NCBI GenBank assembly: GCA_964016885.1
Contig: OZ024741.1
Coordinates: 370,946,001 to 371,010,000 of the forward strand
Direction of reading: 5' to 3'
Length of the DNA: 64,000 nt
Source: Eledone cirrhosa
Lineage: Eukaryota
In this document: one piece after another, positions 45,990 to 59,119 of the stretch
How the letters are laid out: each line of letters opens with the position of its first letter
How positions within the stretch are numbered: position 1 is the first letter of the stretch
Notes under the pieces: model-generated
Database searches by the model: none
Told to the model about the DNA's origin: nothing
Seen by the model: the letters and a program-made list of their open reading frames with translations, nothing else
Translations under genes and position numbers: made by a program

Positions 45990-47125
45990 TGTATTGGTAC
46001 GCGATGGGGCCCACTTACAGCCCCGGCGGACAGAATGGAGAAGGCTGGAAAAGCCACTCCAACTCGCAGGGCTCACACCTACGGCTGGCCAGCTCAGCGC
46101 CTAAGGTGGTGAGTAAAGAGGTAGCTCTGGGGCCGAGAACACCAGAAGTTTCCACTGCCAGGGGAACGACCACAAACCTGTCGGAGAGCGACCGGTATTT
46201 GAGGAGTTTGGCCCCCTCAGCCCGACGTGCAGTAGAACCTGGGTCAGTCGCAGACTGCACCAGGTTGCGGCTGCAGAAAGTGTCGGTGCAAGTGGCATCC
46301 CAGACGAGGGGTTTTCCACTGCGGAACGGGAAGATTGTCATGCCATCTGGTCTTTTGCCGTCCCCTCGATCCAGCCCCACCTGCTCGAGCTGGGTAGGGA
46401 AGCTTGCAGCGTCCAAGCCATGCTTAATGATCTCGTTGGGGGCAGTATGGCGTGGAATGCGGCTGGCACTGTGGTGACAGGAAAGCGGGTGGAGGCCGAA
46501 AGAGTCCACGGTGGAACCGCAGCGACATTGGTGTGGCTGGCAGATCCGGAGGTGGGCCTCAGAGAAACGCCGATTCGCAGGCTATGGTTGTCTAGCTGCG
46601 TGCCAGTGGAGAAGGGGGGGGCAGAGCATGGATCCAGGCACCACTGTGGGATTTGGAGGCCGCACGAAAACAAGCAAGGCGGTGCTGGTCGAGCTGGCGC
46701 GTGATCCTGTCTGAGGCCAGGCAGTACTGGATGGCATCCCAACTGCGTTGGGGGGACTTGACGTCAACAGGGGGAAAAGGAGGAGGAACGTCTACTGGGC
46801 TAAGTCCCAGCCGGTCCCACGTCTCACAGGCGGCTTCATGTTCTCTGAAACAGAGGGTTCTGTTGTGTTTTGAAGAACCCTGCTGACGAAGACGCGGCAC
46901 GAGGTTACCGACGAAAGATACGCCAGCAAAGCTAGTGAGATCGGGGACCGGAAGCCTAGGCCGCCATACCTGACCGCTAAAGTGGCCTGTTGCCACCCTA
47001 TGTCGTCAAACCTGACGTTGCATATCCCCTCGGCTGCTGCTCGGATACAAGTATCGAGGTCAGCGAGGAGAGATGTCTGGGTGTAGCATGGAGCGCTTCG
47101 GAGTGTATAGAGGAGCTTGACTAAT
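45990..47125 (-). pseudogene. CRE-like non-LTR retrotransposon 3' fragment (restriction-like endonuclease)
   Basis: HSGAWIHALP, LRIGVSLR, GLHPLSC, RH..N, KRPDGMT..P...GKPLVWDAT, PLAVETSG; frameshifted; GC-rich island. Confidence 0.75.
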
Positions 47126-47365
47126 CCCGGTTTTTTTTTTAAAACCGCGATAATATTGCTTTATGCTGAACTCCATATCTTTTGTTGATTTTTTTCGAAA
47201 TGTTTTGACTGCTGTTTCTTGTAAACAGACATTTGTCTCATTCTGACGTCTCTAGCCCTGTCTCCATGTGTGTTTATTAATTCAATTCCACACGAGGTTT
47301 GACTAGCCTGCTTTTAAATTCCCCTTTGGCACATTTTAGCTGTGGTTCTTAGTTAACGTTGTTGA

Positions 47366-47446
47366 GCACTACTGAGGAACGATTACAACCGTGACTAACC
47401 CCACTGAAAAGTTTCGTGAAATAGTCTTTTTAAGACTATATAGAGC
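47366..47446 (+). ncRNA. Type I hammerhead ribozyme with long stem III
   Basis: GCACTA-CTGAGGA-ACGA...TCGT-GAA-ATAGTCTT TTT AAGACTAT-A-TAGAGC; 8 bp stem III, one mismatch in stem I. Confidence 0.7.
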
Positions 47447-47693
47447 ATTTGTAGATTTTTCCAAATTGACGGATAAATATTTACTCTTAATTTTATTCTG
47501 AGTTAAGATTCTATTGGTTTTTTCCCCGGATTACACAAAATCTGTGGATAAAATTTCTGGTCTTGACTTGTTTTGAATTGGGATTAAATTATTTTCCCAT
47601 ATCTTACATTACATATTTTTCATCTTGACGTAATAGTCACTTATATGTCTGAATTACTGTTGGCTTCTTGCTTACATTAATTTCTCTATTTTC

Positions 47694-47743
<50 letters not shown>

Positions 47744-47746
<3 letters not shown>

Positions 47747-48762
47747 AGGTGGGTGTGTAAAGGGTAAGGTAGAAAGTAGGGGGGAATATAAGTCAACAGA
47801 AATATAAATATCATAGGGAAAAAATATAAATATAATAGGAGATGAGGGAGAAAAAGAATATATGAGTAAAGAATATGAGTTCAGAGAGTAATAATAATTT
47901 TAGTGGATGTAAAGCGCAATATGTAAAGAAGACGTTTAAGGTGGTTGAGTCATCGTAGGAATGTCAATCCAGTTACAAAGTAGATGCGATTTCAGGTGAG
48001 GACAACATCTGAAGATCTCGGTCTTGGAGTTAAGGCTTTCAAATTTTGGAGAATTCTAAATTTTCTGTGGTGCACAAAGAACAATTTTTTGTGCCTCTTT
48101 GGTATTCTCTTGAATGTTCTAAAATAGACCAATCGATAGTGTACGGAATGTTTTTGTCTTTGAATTCCCACACTTTATTTGCGAGAGCCGTTGCTGTTCT
48201 TTTTTCAGGGTGTTTAAAAGAAGCGACATGTGCATAATACCTGGTTTTGAACCTGTCCTGAGTCATGCCAACATATCGTTCACTCCTGGCTGGCTGGTTG
48301 TTAATCAACCGTGTCAATTTGGCCTCATATATAATGGATTTAGTATTACATTTGCCCTGTAATGAGCATTCTTCCGGCTTCCTGCAACTGCATCCTGGAT
48401 TTACTCTCGTACGATTAGAGTTGGTAATTTTAGTCTTCATTGATGGACAGCAAGAGTAACTGATTTTGACTACATTTCTATTAAATATCTTATAATATCT
48501 ATGATTAGGGAGAAAATGTTTGTCTAGGAGGTCGAGGAATTTCCTTCCTACATTAGTTTTGACAGTTAGAGAGAAGGGGGGTGTGAACCAAATAATTTTT
48601 CTTTTCCTGTTATTGTATTTAGTTTTAGAGGGAGGAGTAGGTAAATATTTAATATGTTCAGTAAAGCCGCTGTTATTGAGGGCCTTATTGAGGGCTTTAT
48701 TAAAAATGTCTAGAGACGAAGATAAGGTAGAAATCCTACGGCTAATGTTAGGAATAAGATTT
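47744..48762 (-). mobile_element. PLE 3' fragment (GIY-YIG endonuclease) between (TA)n tracts
   Basis: KIIWFTPPFS, CSCRKPEECSL.GKC, IIYEAK...YVGMT..FKTRYYAH, CSLCTTE. Confidence 0.85.
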
Positions 48763-49068
48763 TATATATATATATATACGTGTATATGTGGTTGTATGTA
48801 TGTTTTCTCATGTGTGTGAGTTTATGTTTATTTTCTACCTTTATTTGTTTCCATGCACGTTTTTACGGTTTTACTTGTGTGTATGCGGTGATTATAGGCC
48901 TTTACTTTCTGTCTGTATAGTCTTATGTATGTGTTTGTAATTGTGTGTATGTGTGTGTGAATGTAATTATTTATTTATTGATATATGTATATACACTACA
49001 TTTGTCTCTATACGTGTGGTTGAGTGTATGTGCGTGCGTATGTGTGTGAGTATGTATATGTGTGTATA

Positions 49069-49138
<70 letters not shown>

Positions 49139-49232
49139 GAAGTTATATTTAATTTGTTGGGATTCAGCAAGCTTAAAAGTTTTATATCTGATATAAAGCA
49201 CTCAAGAGTTTACTGGAGTAAATATTCAATAT

Positions 49233-49647
49233 ATTAATAAATGGAAACTATATTTATAAAACCATAATTATTTTATTATTTATAATTCAAGGGCAACCAA
49301 GGCAGTTTGGGTGCGCTTTCATCAGATAAAATACAAAATTTGTTTTATAAATGTTGACATACCCATAGAAAAACAACATTGACGGTTGAAGGTTCACTAA
49401 AAAGTAAAATACAAAATATGTTTTATAAATGTTGACATACCCGTAGAAAAACAACCTTGACGGTTGAAGCTTCACTATCCAGCGAACCTTCAACCGTCAA
49501 GGTTGTTTTTCTACGAGTATGTCAACATTTATAAAACAAATTTTGTATTTTATCTGATGAAAGCGCACCAAAATTGCCTTGGTTGCCTTTGAAATATATA
49601 TAATAAAATAATTATGGTTTTATAAATATAGTTTCCGTTTATTAATA
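49233..49647. repeat. Fold-back (imperfect palindrome) carrying a hammerhead motif in each arm
   Basis: Arms mirror around ~49480; the left arm has a ~78 bp internal duplication; plus-strand HHR at 49546-49610 reads TATTTTAT-CTGATGA...GAAA-TATATA-TA-ATAAAATA. Confidence 0.8.
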
Positions 49648-49654
49648 AACTGTA

Positions 49655-50730
49655 TCATCATTATCTATAAAAAGCAGATTGTTGTTGTTGCGTGTGTGTG
49701 TGTGTGCATGTTCCATGTTTATACATTTGCACAATTTCAAACCGATTCGACTCAAAGTCTGTAAGAATGTTGTAAATGGTCTAACTTAGGTCAACAACTA
49801 TTTATTTCATTCAGACTCACCCACAATTACGGAAATAATCGATAAAAATAAATACATGACGCTTTACCCCCTCTAATACAATCAGTTTACCTCTCTCTAC
49901 TCCTCTTAAAATTCGATAAAACTACATGCATGCTGCAACTTTCTCTGATATGCGATTAAACTTACAAACTTTAAGAAAGAGAGAGAGAGAGGGGGGAGAG
50001 AGAGTATTTAGAGAAGAACTGAACTGATACTTACAAACTTTAAGAGAGAGAGAGAGAGTGTGTGGAACGGTCAAATATTTATTTACTTCAATGACAAAGA
50101 GAACTTATTACATTTCATACGAAACAACAATTATTCAAAAGCAACAGATACATTTATTCAACAACAACAAAAATAGCGATAAATCTTTTTTAAAACATCT
50201 ATCAACGAACGTGGAAGAAAGAAGTATCAGTTCATTTACTATACACAATAATATCCTCTATGAGGTCACTAAACCTGCTAGAAACAGCAGCTAACTCTCC
50301 CCAATATCACACCACTCCCTATTGTCTTAAATTTAGAAAACATATCCTCTATGAGGTCACTAAACCTGCTAGAAACAGCAGCTAACTCTCCCCCATATCA
50401 CATCACTCCCTACTGTCTTAAATTTAGAAAACACACATTAGACAACCATGCAGAACAACTCCATCGCAGCTCTGTTGTTCGGCTGGCATCGTCTACGCGC
50501 GTGTTGCGCAAGTACTGTGAAACAATAAATTTCAACACTTCTTTGCACAGAGATAATATCCATAGGCGAAACTACAATTGTCACTGATGACGCAGCTCCT
50601 GCTTCGGCAGTCCAGGTCTGCAATTCATTCACCCAGTGCCTGGCAGACAAAAAAGTGCTGCCATAAAATAGGTGGTGCAACCTAACTTTGGTAACTTACT
50701 GACCCCGAGCAACGCCGGGCTTTAATGCTA

Positions 50731-50731
<1 letters not shown>
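49655..50731 (+). mobile_element. Non-autonomous Helitron-like element
   Basis: 5' TC..TCTATAAAAAG start; 3' hairpin CCCGAGCAACGCCGGG ~8 nt before CTAG|T; internal 91 bp tandem duplication at 50251-50430. Confidence 0.65.
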
Positions 50732-50803
<72 letters not shown>

Positions 50804-51107
50804 TGTTTGTGTCTATGTGTATTTATGTGTGTGTGTATATGTATATTTATATTTATATATATATGTATAATTGTGTGTGTGTGTGTGTGTTTATATACTT
50901 ATTATTTATAATCTTTTTTTCTTCTTTCCTCAGCCTAACTTTCATATTTCTTATATTTTTGTTTTCAAATCCACTTTCCAGAATCCCACATTTTATACAA
51001 AAGTGTTTTTTCTTAGCTCCCTATGCATTTTCTCATGCCATTTTGTATATTATCAATTTATAATGTAATTTTGATTAATTCAGACTAATTTAAGTCTTGC
51101 CTAATAG

Positions 51108-53452
51108 TTGCAAATTGGCAGAATAATGGCGGAAACCAGTGGGCCTAGTTGTAGCTACTCGCTCCGTTGCGATGATCGAGAAATATGGCTCCTGGGGCAA
51201 TATGTTACATCCTTTTTACCAAACAAAATACCAAAAAAGGGGGATGTTCTAAGATATTTCTTCTACCTGAAAGATGGTCCTATGAAACACGAAAAGCATG
51301 TGAGCTTCAATGGTGCTATTGCGGATAGCCCTGTGATGGAAGTAGTTAGTCAGTGGGAAAAAGCTGGTGTGGCGACTCAACGAAAAGACAAAGTGAAACT
51401 GAAAATTATGAACGTGTACAGTGAATACAGAAATTTACAAAAAAACAAAGGTTCTAAGTCAAACAAAGAAAAGGAAGCACTATTTATTTCTGAATTGGAT
51501 TCGTATTTCTACATTGCACATACTGATGCTGAAAAGAAAATTTTGAAAGACCGTCTTCGTAATAATGAACAGAAAATGAAAGATGCTACATTTCTCGAAG
51601 CCCTGCGTTGCCAGAAAAAAGTATCTCTGGGTGCTGAAGACAAGGGTTACCAGAAAAAGGTATCTTCAAAGTTTAAGCGTGATCAGGTTTCTGTGGCTCG
51701 TCGAGAGTCAGAGAACCATAGAAAGCGTTTGTCAAGATCTGTAGCAGCACAACTTCCACGTAATGAACTGAGTGATTCAAGTTCAACCAATGATGAAACT
51801 GAAGATGAACAGGATCCTGAATTTCAGGCCTCAAACCCACCCAGAGACAGCTCAAAGTCAGACGAAAAATGCAGCTGGAACTCCCAAAGAATCCATTTCA
51901 AAGTCCAAAAATTTATCTAATGGCTGATCGTTTAAACCTGACACTGAGCCAGAGAACAGCATTTATGGCATCGATTATTTCTGAGGGTGGGATTGACATA
52001 GACGCCACAACTCTCTCCAAGAATAGTAGCAGACGTGCAGCTAAGAAGATCAGAACTGTGGAGGCTGAACACATAAAGGAACAATTTGCTGTACCAGACT
52101 TTGTTACCTTGCATTGGGATGGCAAAATAATTCCTGGTGACCATGAGAGGCTAGGTGTTCTAGTTACTGGAACCCCGGACTTCAGAGAAGGTAAACTCCT
52201 CGGTGTTCCCATAATTCCTGATGGCACTGGTACCACCCAAGCCAAAGCATCATTTGATCTTGTTAAAGATTGGAATGTTGATGGGTCTGTGGTGGGCTTG
52301 GTCTTCGACACAACTGCTTCGAATTCTGGATGGAAAAATGGTGCCTGCATGAAACTAGAAGAGATGCTGAACAAAAAGGTGTTTTATTTTGCTTGTCGGC
52401 ACCATGTCATCGAGCGTATCTTGTGTGCAATGTGGCAACAACTATTCGGGGCAATGTCCAGTCCAGACACCCCAGAGTTCAAGGAGTTCAAAAAAGTTTG
52501 GGTGTCACTCACGGACAAGACCAACTTTAAAACATTGAACATTGTCGACCGGAAACTCAAGCGTCTGTGTTCTGAGAACATCAAGTTCCTCCAAGGTTTG
52601 CTGACATCCGACGATGGGAAAATGAGTTCTCTTCCACGGGACGACTACCGAGAATGTGCCGAGTTGATGTTGATCTTGCTTGGTGTCACCCCTCCTCGTG
52701 GAATTCATTGGATGCTGCCTGGTACACATCATAACGCTCGGTGGATGTCCGCAATCATCTATAGTGCAAAGATGTATGCATTTGGTGAGCGACTCAATTA
52801 CGATCAAGCTAAAATGGAAAAGTTGCGCCGGATCTGTATGTTCAATGCTCTGTTCTACGTGCGATACTGGCTGACAGAAGTCAAGTGTGCTGATGCATCA
52901 TCTAATGACATTCAATTCTACGTGGAGTTGACACAGTACAGTAAAGTTGACAGACATCTCTCGCAGGCAGCCACTACTGCTTTGAGCAAGCATCTTTGGT
53001 ACCTGACGGAGAAAGCCATTTCGCTAGCGCTGTTTTCAAGTCGGGTCCAAGATTCCGAGAAGAAACAAATAGTCCAACGTCTTGTCAAAACGAAAATGTC
53101 TGGGCCTCTCGACCGTGGTGCTCCAGTATTTCCCGAGTTGAAGTCGTCCACGAAGCTGCTTCATCTAGTTGGGAAGAAATCAAGGATTCTGTTCGATCTC
53201 CTTGGTCTCTACGATACTTGGCTTGAGCTGTCACCTGCAACTTGGTCATCACAAGCGTCATATCAAAATGCCTGTGCTGTTGTTCACAATATCAAGGTAG
53301 TCAACGATCTGGCGGAGAGAGCAGTTAAGTTGATAACTGGTTTTGTTGCCATCTCCAAGAATGAGGAGGAGAAGCAGTGTGTTCTTCAAGTAGTCGAAGC
53401 TCATCGTCGCAAGGTCCCGGATTTCAAAAAAGAAACTCTGAAAAAAATATGA
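51108..53452 (+). pseudogene. hAT-superfamily (hATm-like) DDE transposase with a single frameshift near 51868
   Basis: LHWDGK, FDTTASNSG, ACRHH, PRDDYRE, H.ARWM, HLWYL, VVNDLAERAVK motifs. Candidate right end ...ATGGCACACTCTAA at ~53718 next to (TA)n. Confidence 0.8.
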
Positions 53453-53713
53453 CTGGAGTTAACTTAACTGAACTTATTTCTTCCTTGTACGCCTTTATAT
53501 TCAAAGCTGGTTTACTAAATATAATGGATTAATAAAATAAACAATTATTGTGTGGTCATATTTGGTTTCACATTTTCATGATTTCATGCAACATAGTCAC
53601 ACTTTCCACTATAATCACCATGATATAGGCAAGACTCAAAGTAATTTATTTCATTTATAATGGAAAAATACACAGGGAGTGTTAGTATTGTCACCTTGCT
53701 TTTTATGGCACAC

Positions 53714-53802
<89 letters not shown>

Positions 53803-53919
53803 TTAGTTAAGCAAAACAAGACCACAAACTTCACAAGGAAGACATTATTAAAGGATTGTCAACATATTTTAGTTTGATGTAAGGAATGTAGAGAATAAGA
53901 ATAATAATATATTAATAAT

Positions 53920-54330
53920 AATTATTTCTACTTTAGGCACAAGGCCAGCAATTACCCAGCGCATTACTGGTACTTTATTTTATCGACCCCGTAAGGATGA
54001 AAGGCAAAGTCAGCCTCGGCTGGATTTGAACTCAGATCGTAAAGGGACGTAACTATGCTGGAAAGCATGGCGTCCGACCCTCTACCGATACTGCCAATCC
54101 ACCATATATTAATAATAATAATGTCCGTTTACAATTGTTTCGCTACTCCATATAATATTTCTGGATCAGATGACTATATATCATAATTGATCTGGTTCAG
54201 TTGAAAATAATTAACATATTTAAAAAAACAGAGTGGCTCATCGGAACTCAAAGGAATATAAATTAAAATAATTGTTTCTACTTTTGGCACAAGGCCAGCA
54301 ATTACCTAGTACATTACTGGTACTTTATTT
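53920..54330 (-). mobile_element. SINE copy plus partial copy
   Basis: Near-identical to the 14465 SINE at 53920-54103; tail fragment at 54266-54330. Confidence 0.8.
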
Positions 54331-54646
54331 TTGGTTTTTACTATGGTGTCTTGGTTGCATCAGCTGTCAGCCATAATCAAGCAGTATTCATCTGTCGAGG
54401 CTGCATTGTGTGAGATCTGCCTATGGGTCACAAGATGGCTGCCAAAGGGCATATTTACCTTACTAATTAGAGGGTGGTTTCAGGGGAAGTAACTTCTCGA
54501 GAGATTAGAGATTGTGAGTATTTATAGTTAAGTGCTAGTATTTAAATTTTTTAATTGAGAGACAATGTAGGGGAGGTAACTTATAATTATCGAGTTGTTC
54601 ATAGCAATTTAACTTATTAGCTACAAGTAGAAATGGGGCTACATGA

Positions 54647-55030
54647 CTAAGTTGGGTCAAACACTCTATTGGCGAAGGAATTAGCCCTTCGATGTTGACA
54701 GCTAATGGTTACCTCCGTTCTATCGTTAATCGGTGGAGGTCGTGATAGAGTTATGTAATATGCTTCCGTAACACAGAGATCACAAGATTTCCTTCGTCCA
54801 TTGAACGGCTGGGCCCTAGCTACGATATCCCATTTTAGTGAGTGTTGAACGTTGTTTAATTTAAGGTTTTTAATGAGCCTAGCTAGCGATGTCGAACATC
54901 TGTTGCTAGGGTCTCGGAAGGAAAAAGAGTGCGCGTTATAGCGTACCTTAAAAGGGTTAGAGGTAGACCCGATATAAGAGCTGGTATTCGAAGCAGTCTC
55001 AACCGTGCACCTGTAGACTATGTATAGGTG
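54647..55030 (-). pseudogene. PLE GIY-YIG endonuclease fragment
   Basis: IVYRCTV...YIGSTSNPFKVRYNAH...LKWDIV...CDLCVTE...CQHR. Confidence 0.8.
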
Positions 55031-55320
55031 CACGGTTGAGATGTGTAAACTACCAAACACAGCAGTAATTTATTGAAATGTAGCAGACATGGGACAGACA
55101 ACGCCCTGATGGTCAGTGGACTACTACCTGTGGTCAGAATTATGATGACGTAGACAATCAGCAGCCAATCACAGGACATGCGAAGAGGATGAAGTGTTTG
55201 ACGGTACTGGCCCAGAGGGTCAGATACCTCGCTCGATATGCAAATTAGACTACTCAGCCGTTAATATGCATAAGGAAAGTATATACTTTCAAACGTTCAA
55301 TCATCTGACAGGAAGGTATA

Positions 55321-55361
55321 CGGTGCTGATGACAGCTAATAAGCTAGAAACTAGTTCATCG
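55321..55361 (+). ncRNA. Minimal type I hammerhead ribozyme
   Basis: CGGTG-CTGATGA-CAGCT AATA AGCTA-GAAA-CTAG-TT-CATCG; palindromic AACTAGTT; mismatch at the base of stem II. Confidence 0.65.
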
Positions 55362-55952
55362 TTCCTTTGTCAGTGTTGAACAAAATGGAACGATGGTTGC
55401 CGAACACTGTACGGCTAATAATTCGGGCTGTTTGTTTACAAACAAACCGAGCATTATAATAAATATTCGGTAAACACATGCGTACAAATATATATGTGTG
55501 CATGTATGTATGTATATACATACTACTGTACGTCTGTATACGTATATGTATGTACGTGTACATACTTATATTTATCTCTCTCTCTCTATATATATATATG
55601 TGTGTGTAGGTGTGTGTGTGGGTGTGTATCCTTCTTTGTAAACAATCTGCTAAACTCAGACCTGGAGATGGGCTCCGCCAGACTTAAAATGCCCAAGAAA
55701 CGCCGTACTTCGATACGTACCACTCCACTGGGAGTTACAGGACCATACCACCATACCATACTATCAGAAAACAACTATCTCTATCTTTTTCGTGCAGGAG
55801 GTGGGGGTTATTGATACATGAACGCTATATATGTCATACAGAATATAGCAAATACCTGAATTGGTCAGCTTGACTTGTACAGGTAAGAGGTCTAATTTTT
55901 AAAATAGCATTAATATCTGCCATAAGATTATCTTTAAATCTTCTTCCGTGTA

Positions 55953-56014
<62 letters not shown>

Positions 56015-56023
56015 GAGTTGGCA

Positions 56024-56880
56024 GTAATAATTTCTTATTTAGGCACAAGACCAACAATTTGGGGGCGGAGAAAGTCGATTAAATCGACCCTAGTGCGTTA
56101 CTAGTACTTTATTTTATCGACCCCGTAAGGATGAAGGCAAAGATAACCTCAGTGGGATTTGAACTCAGATCATAAAGGGAGGTAACTCTATACTTCAAAG
56201 CATGGCGCCCGACCCTCTACCGATACAGTTGGCAGAAATAATTATTTCTTATTTAGGCACAAGGCCAACAATTTGGGGGAGGGGAAAGTCGATTAACTCG
56301 ACCCCAGTGCGTTACTGGTACTTTTTTATCGACCACGTAAGGATGAAAAGCAAAAATAACCTCAGTGGGATTTGAACTCAGAACGTAAAAGGTCGTAACT
56401 CTATACCGCAAAGCATGTTGTCCGACAGTCTGCCAATTCTACCAATCTACAGCTCCTGTGCTAGTAGTAATAATTGTTTCTATTTTAGGCACAAAGCCAG
56501 CAATTATCCAGTACATTACTGGTACTTTATTTTATCGACCCCGTAAGGATGAAAGGCAAAGTTAACCTCAGCGGGATTTGAACTCAGACCGTAAAGAGAC
56601 GTAACTATGCTGGAAAACATGGCGTCCGAATCTCTACCGATACTGCCAATCCACCGCCCTGTGCTAGTAGTAATAATGATTTCTAATCTAGATACAAGAC
56701 CTTCTATTTATGAGCAGAGATAGATTGAGTAAATCAACACCGATTCTTGATTGATACTTTATTTTATCGACCTCAAAAAAAAAATGAAAGGAAAAAATTT
56801 ACCTTAACGAGATTTGAACTCGGAAAGCAAAGTGCCTGAATAAATACCGACGCTCTAACGGCTCTACCAATCCACCATTC
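56024..56880 (-). mobile_element. Four head-to-tail SINE copies
   Basis: Repeated TTTTATCGAC..TAAGGATGAAA...GATTTGAACTC...CCAATCCACC modules. Confidence 0.8.
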
Positions 56881-56900
56881 GCTTGAACATTTAGTAATAA

Positions 56901-57431
56901 CTAGCAGAATGGCCCGGCGTTGCTCGGGATAGTAAACATAGATTGGCATGTTTATCCCTCCTTTTTTGATAGATTACCGCCTCATTATGTGTGTGTGTAT
57001 ATATATATATGAGAGACGTAAAATAAGAAAATTATAAAATTAACTTACTTACTAAAATATCACTTCCAACTAATTAGTTTCTGGAATGGAGTAAATATAT
57101 TTTCCGAAGAAGATATAGAGAAACATTCCGTCGTCAGAGAAGTATATTCTCATCTAAGTTTCCAGGCAAAGCGAGGACTCCGGAAACTTATTAAAAAATA
57201 ATTCAGTGGATAGGAAATAGCAAAGCGTGGACTGAATTCCTAGCCATTGAGAAAATCACTGCCTCTGCGTCTGTGGCAAATTCAAAAAGAATCAATCACG
57301 TGACATCGAGGTCAATCAGTGGAAAGTGGTTTGCTAATTAGACAGCGGCCTGCCTACTACCATAGCAGCAGTCATGGCCAATATTGCTCGACAAATAATT
57401 TGGAGATAATTATAAAGAATTAATATCTAGT

Positions 57432-57475
<44 letters not shown>

Positions 57476-57937
57476 TAACAGATTAAAGTTTAAGCAAATA
57501 ATCGCTGCTTTCACCCTTAACGGGATCTTCTGAAACTAAAAAAATCAATCTGTGAACGCAGAAGTAAATATTTCGAAAAACGTTACACACTATATATATA
57601 TATATATACACACACTATATATACATATATACACACACAGAGATAGCGAAGTCAATGTTTTCATAATGTCGTAATGGAGACATCCAGACATACAGACAGA
57701 TATTATAAGGGCGCAACGTTATAGCTATGTATCTATCTAAAAAGACAGACTAAGAAAGAGAGAGATCGCTTACCGGCGCCTAATGCGGTCCCTAGGGCAT
57801 TGGAAATTTGAAATATTTTTTGCTCAAAACACTCACACGACCATAAGTATTACATGTGTAAAGTTTGAAAAAAATCGGTTGGGTGGTGTTCGAGTTTTAG
57901 GGGGACAGACAGACATTCTCTGTTTTAGATATATAGA
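56901..57937 (-). mobile_element. Non-autonomous Helitron-like element
   Basis: Minus strand begins A|TCTATATATCTAAAACAG and ends CCCGAGCAACGCCGGG...CTAG|T, the same 3' hairpin as 50703-50731. Confidence 0.65.
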
Positions 57938-58096
57938 TATAGAGTGTTACAAATAGAAATCATTGAGGTGAAATGTAAACTCAGAACGCCAAGAGCCGGA
58001 ACTAATTATCGCAAGACATCCTAGCCGTGTAGCGATTCAGCCAATCCACTGCCACAGTACAAAACTCTATATGTACAATTTCTATCCTTCAATTAG

Positions 58097-58173
<77 letters not shown>

Positions 58174-58756
58174 AAATTAAAGAAAGACAACAATACATCA
58201 CCTACTCTTTCAATCTTTTCAATATTTCATCTGCCTGTCACCCACCTTGTCGATTGTCTCTCTATTGACCACTGGCCACTGGTCTCTGTCCTCAGGAAAA
58301 TTTTTGCCCATCGCTGTCTTGGACAACATTTAGCTGTTTTAACGGCTGTTCTAGCGATGGGTTTTCTGTAGTGATAACTATTTGTTAGTTATTTGAATAT
58401 GGCAAAGCCGGCCATTAATCGCTCGTATACATGAAACTGACTGGCCTATCTGTTGATATGCAAATCTGGCTGATCAGTCAGTCTGCTAATATACAAATCA
58501 GGCCGATCAGTCACTGTATATTCCAGAAAATATCATATATTTTCACTATCTCTGACAGTTGGCAGGTAAGCAGTAAACTGCATTGATGAAGAGTAATCAG
58601 CCAGAAACATTAGTGTCTGCAGTTCTGTTTGCATGTCAACTCAAGAGCAAGAATGAGGGGTTCATTCTACTGACATGGCCTATAAAAGAGGCTGTTGGCA
58701 TAATTGCAAACGAATCGAATATTACTATTGATATTCGAAAAACTCAGATTACATTT

Positions 58757-58888
<132 letters not shown>

Positions 58889-58934
58889 ATAATAATAAAT
58901 GTGAAGACTAAAATCCAAAGAGGTCTCGATAAGG

Positions 58935-59009
<75 letters not shown>

Positions 59010-59119
59010 GCGTGTATATATACAGAAACAGACATATAGATAGATAAATGATGGGCCCTACGTCTGTTTTATACAATAAACATTAAGTTGTTCGATCAAC
59101 TGAACGTCCTAGTCATTAA

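Noticed and set aside
50566-50600. GAAAC...GTC-A-CTGATGA as a permuted hammerhead
   Set aside because: No room for stem I and no convincing stem II.
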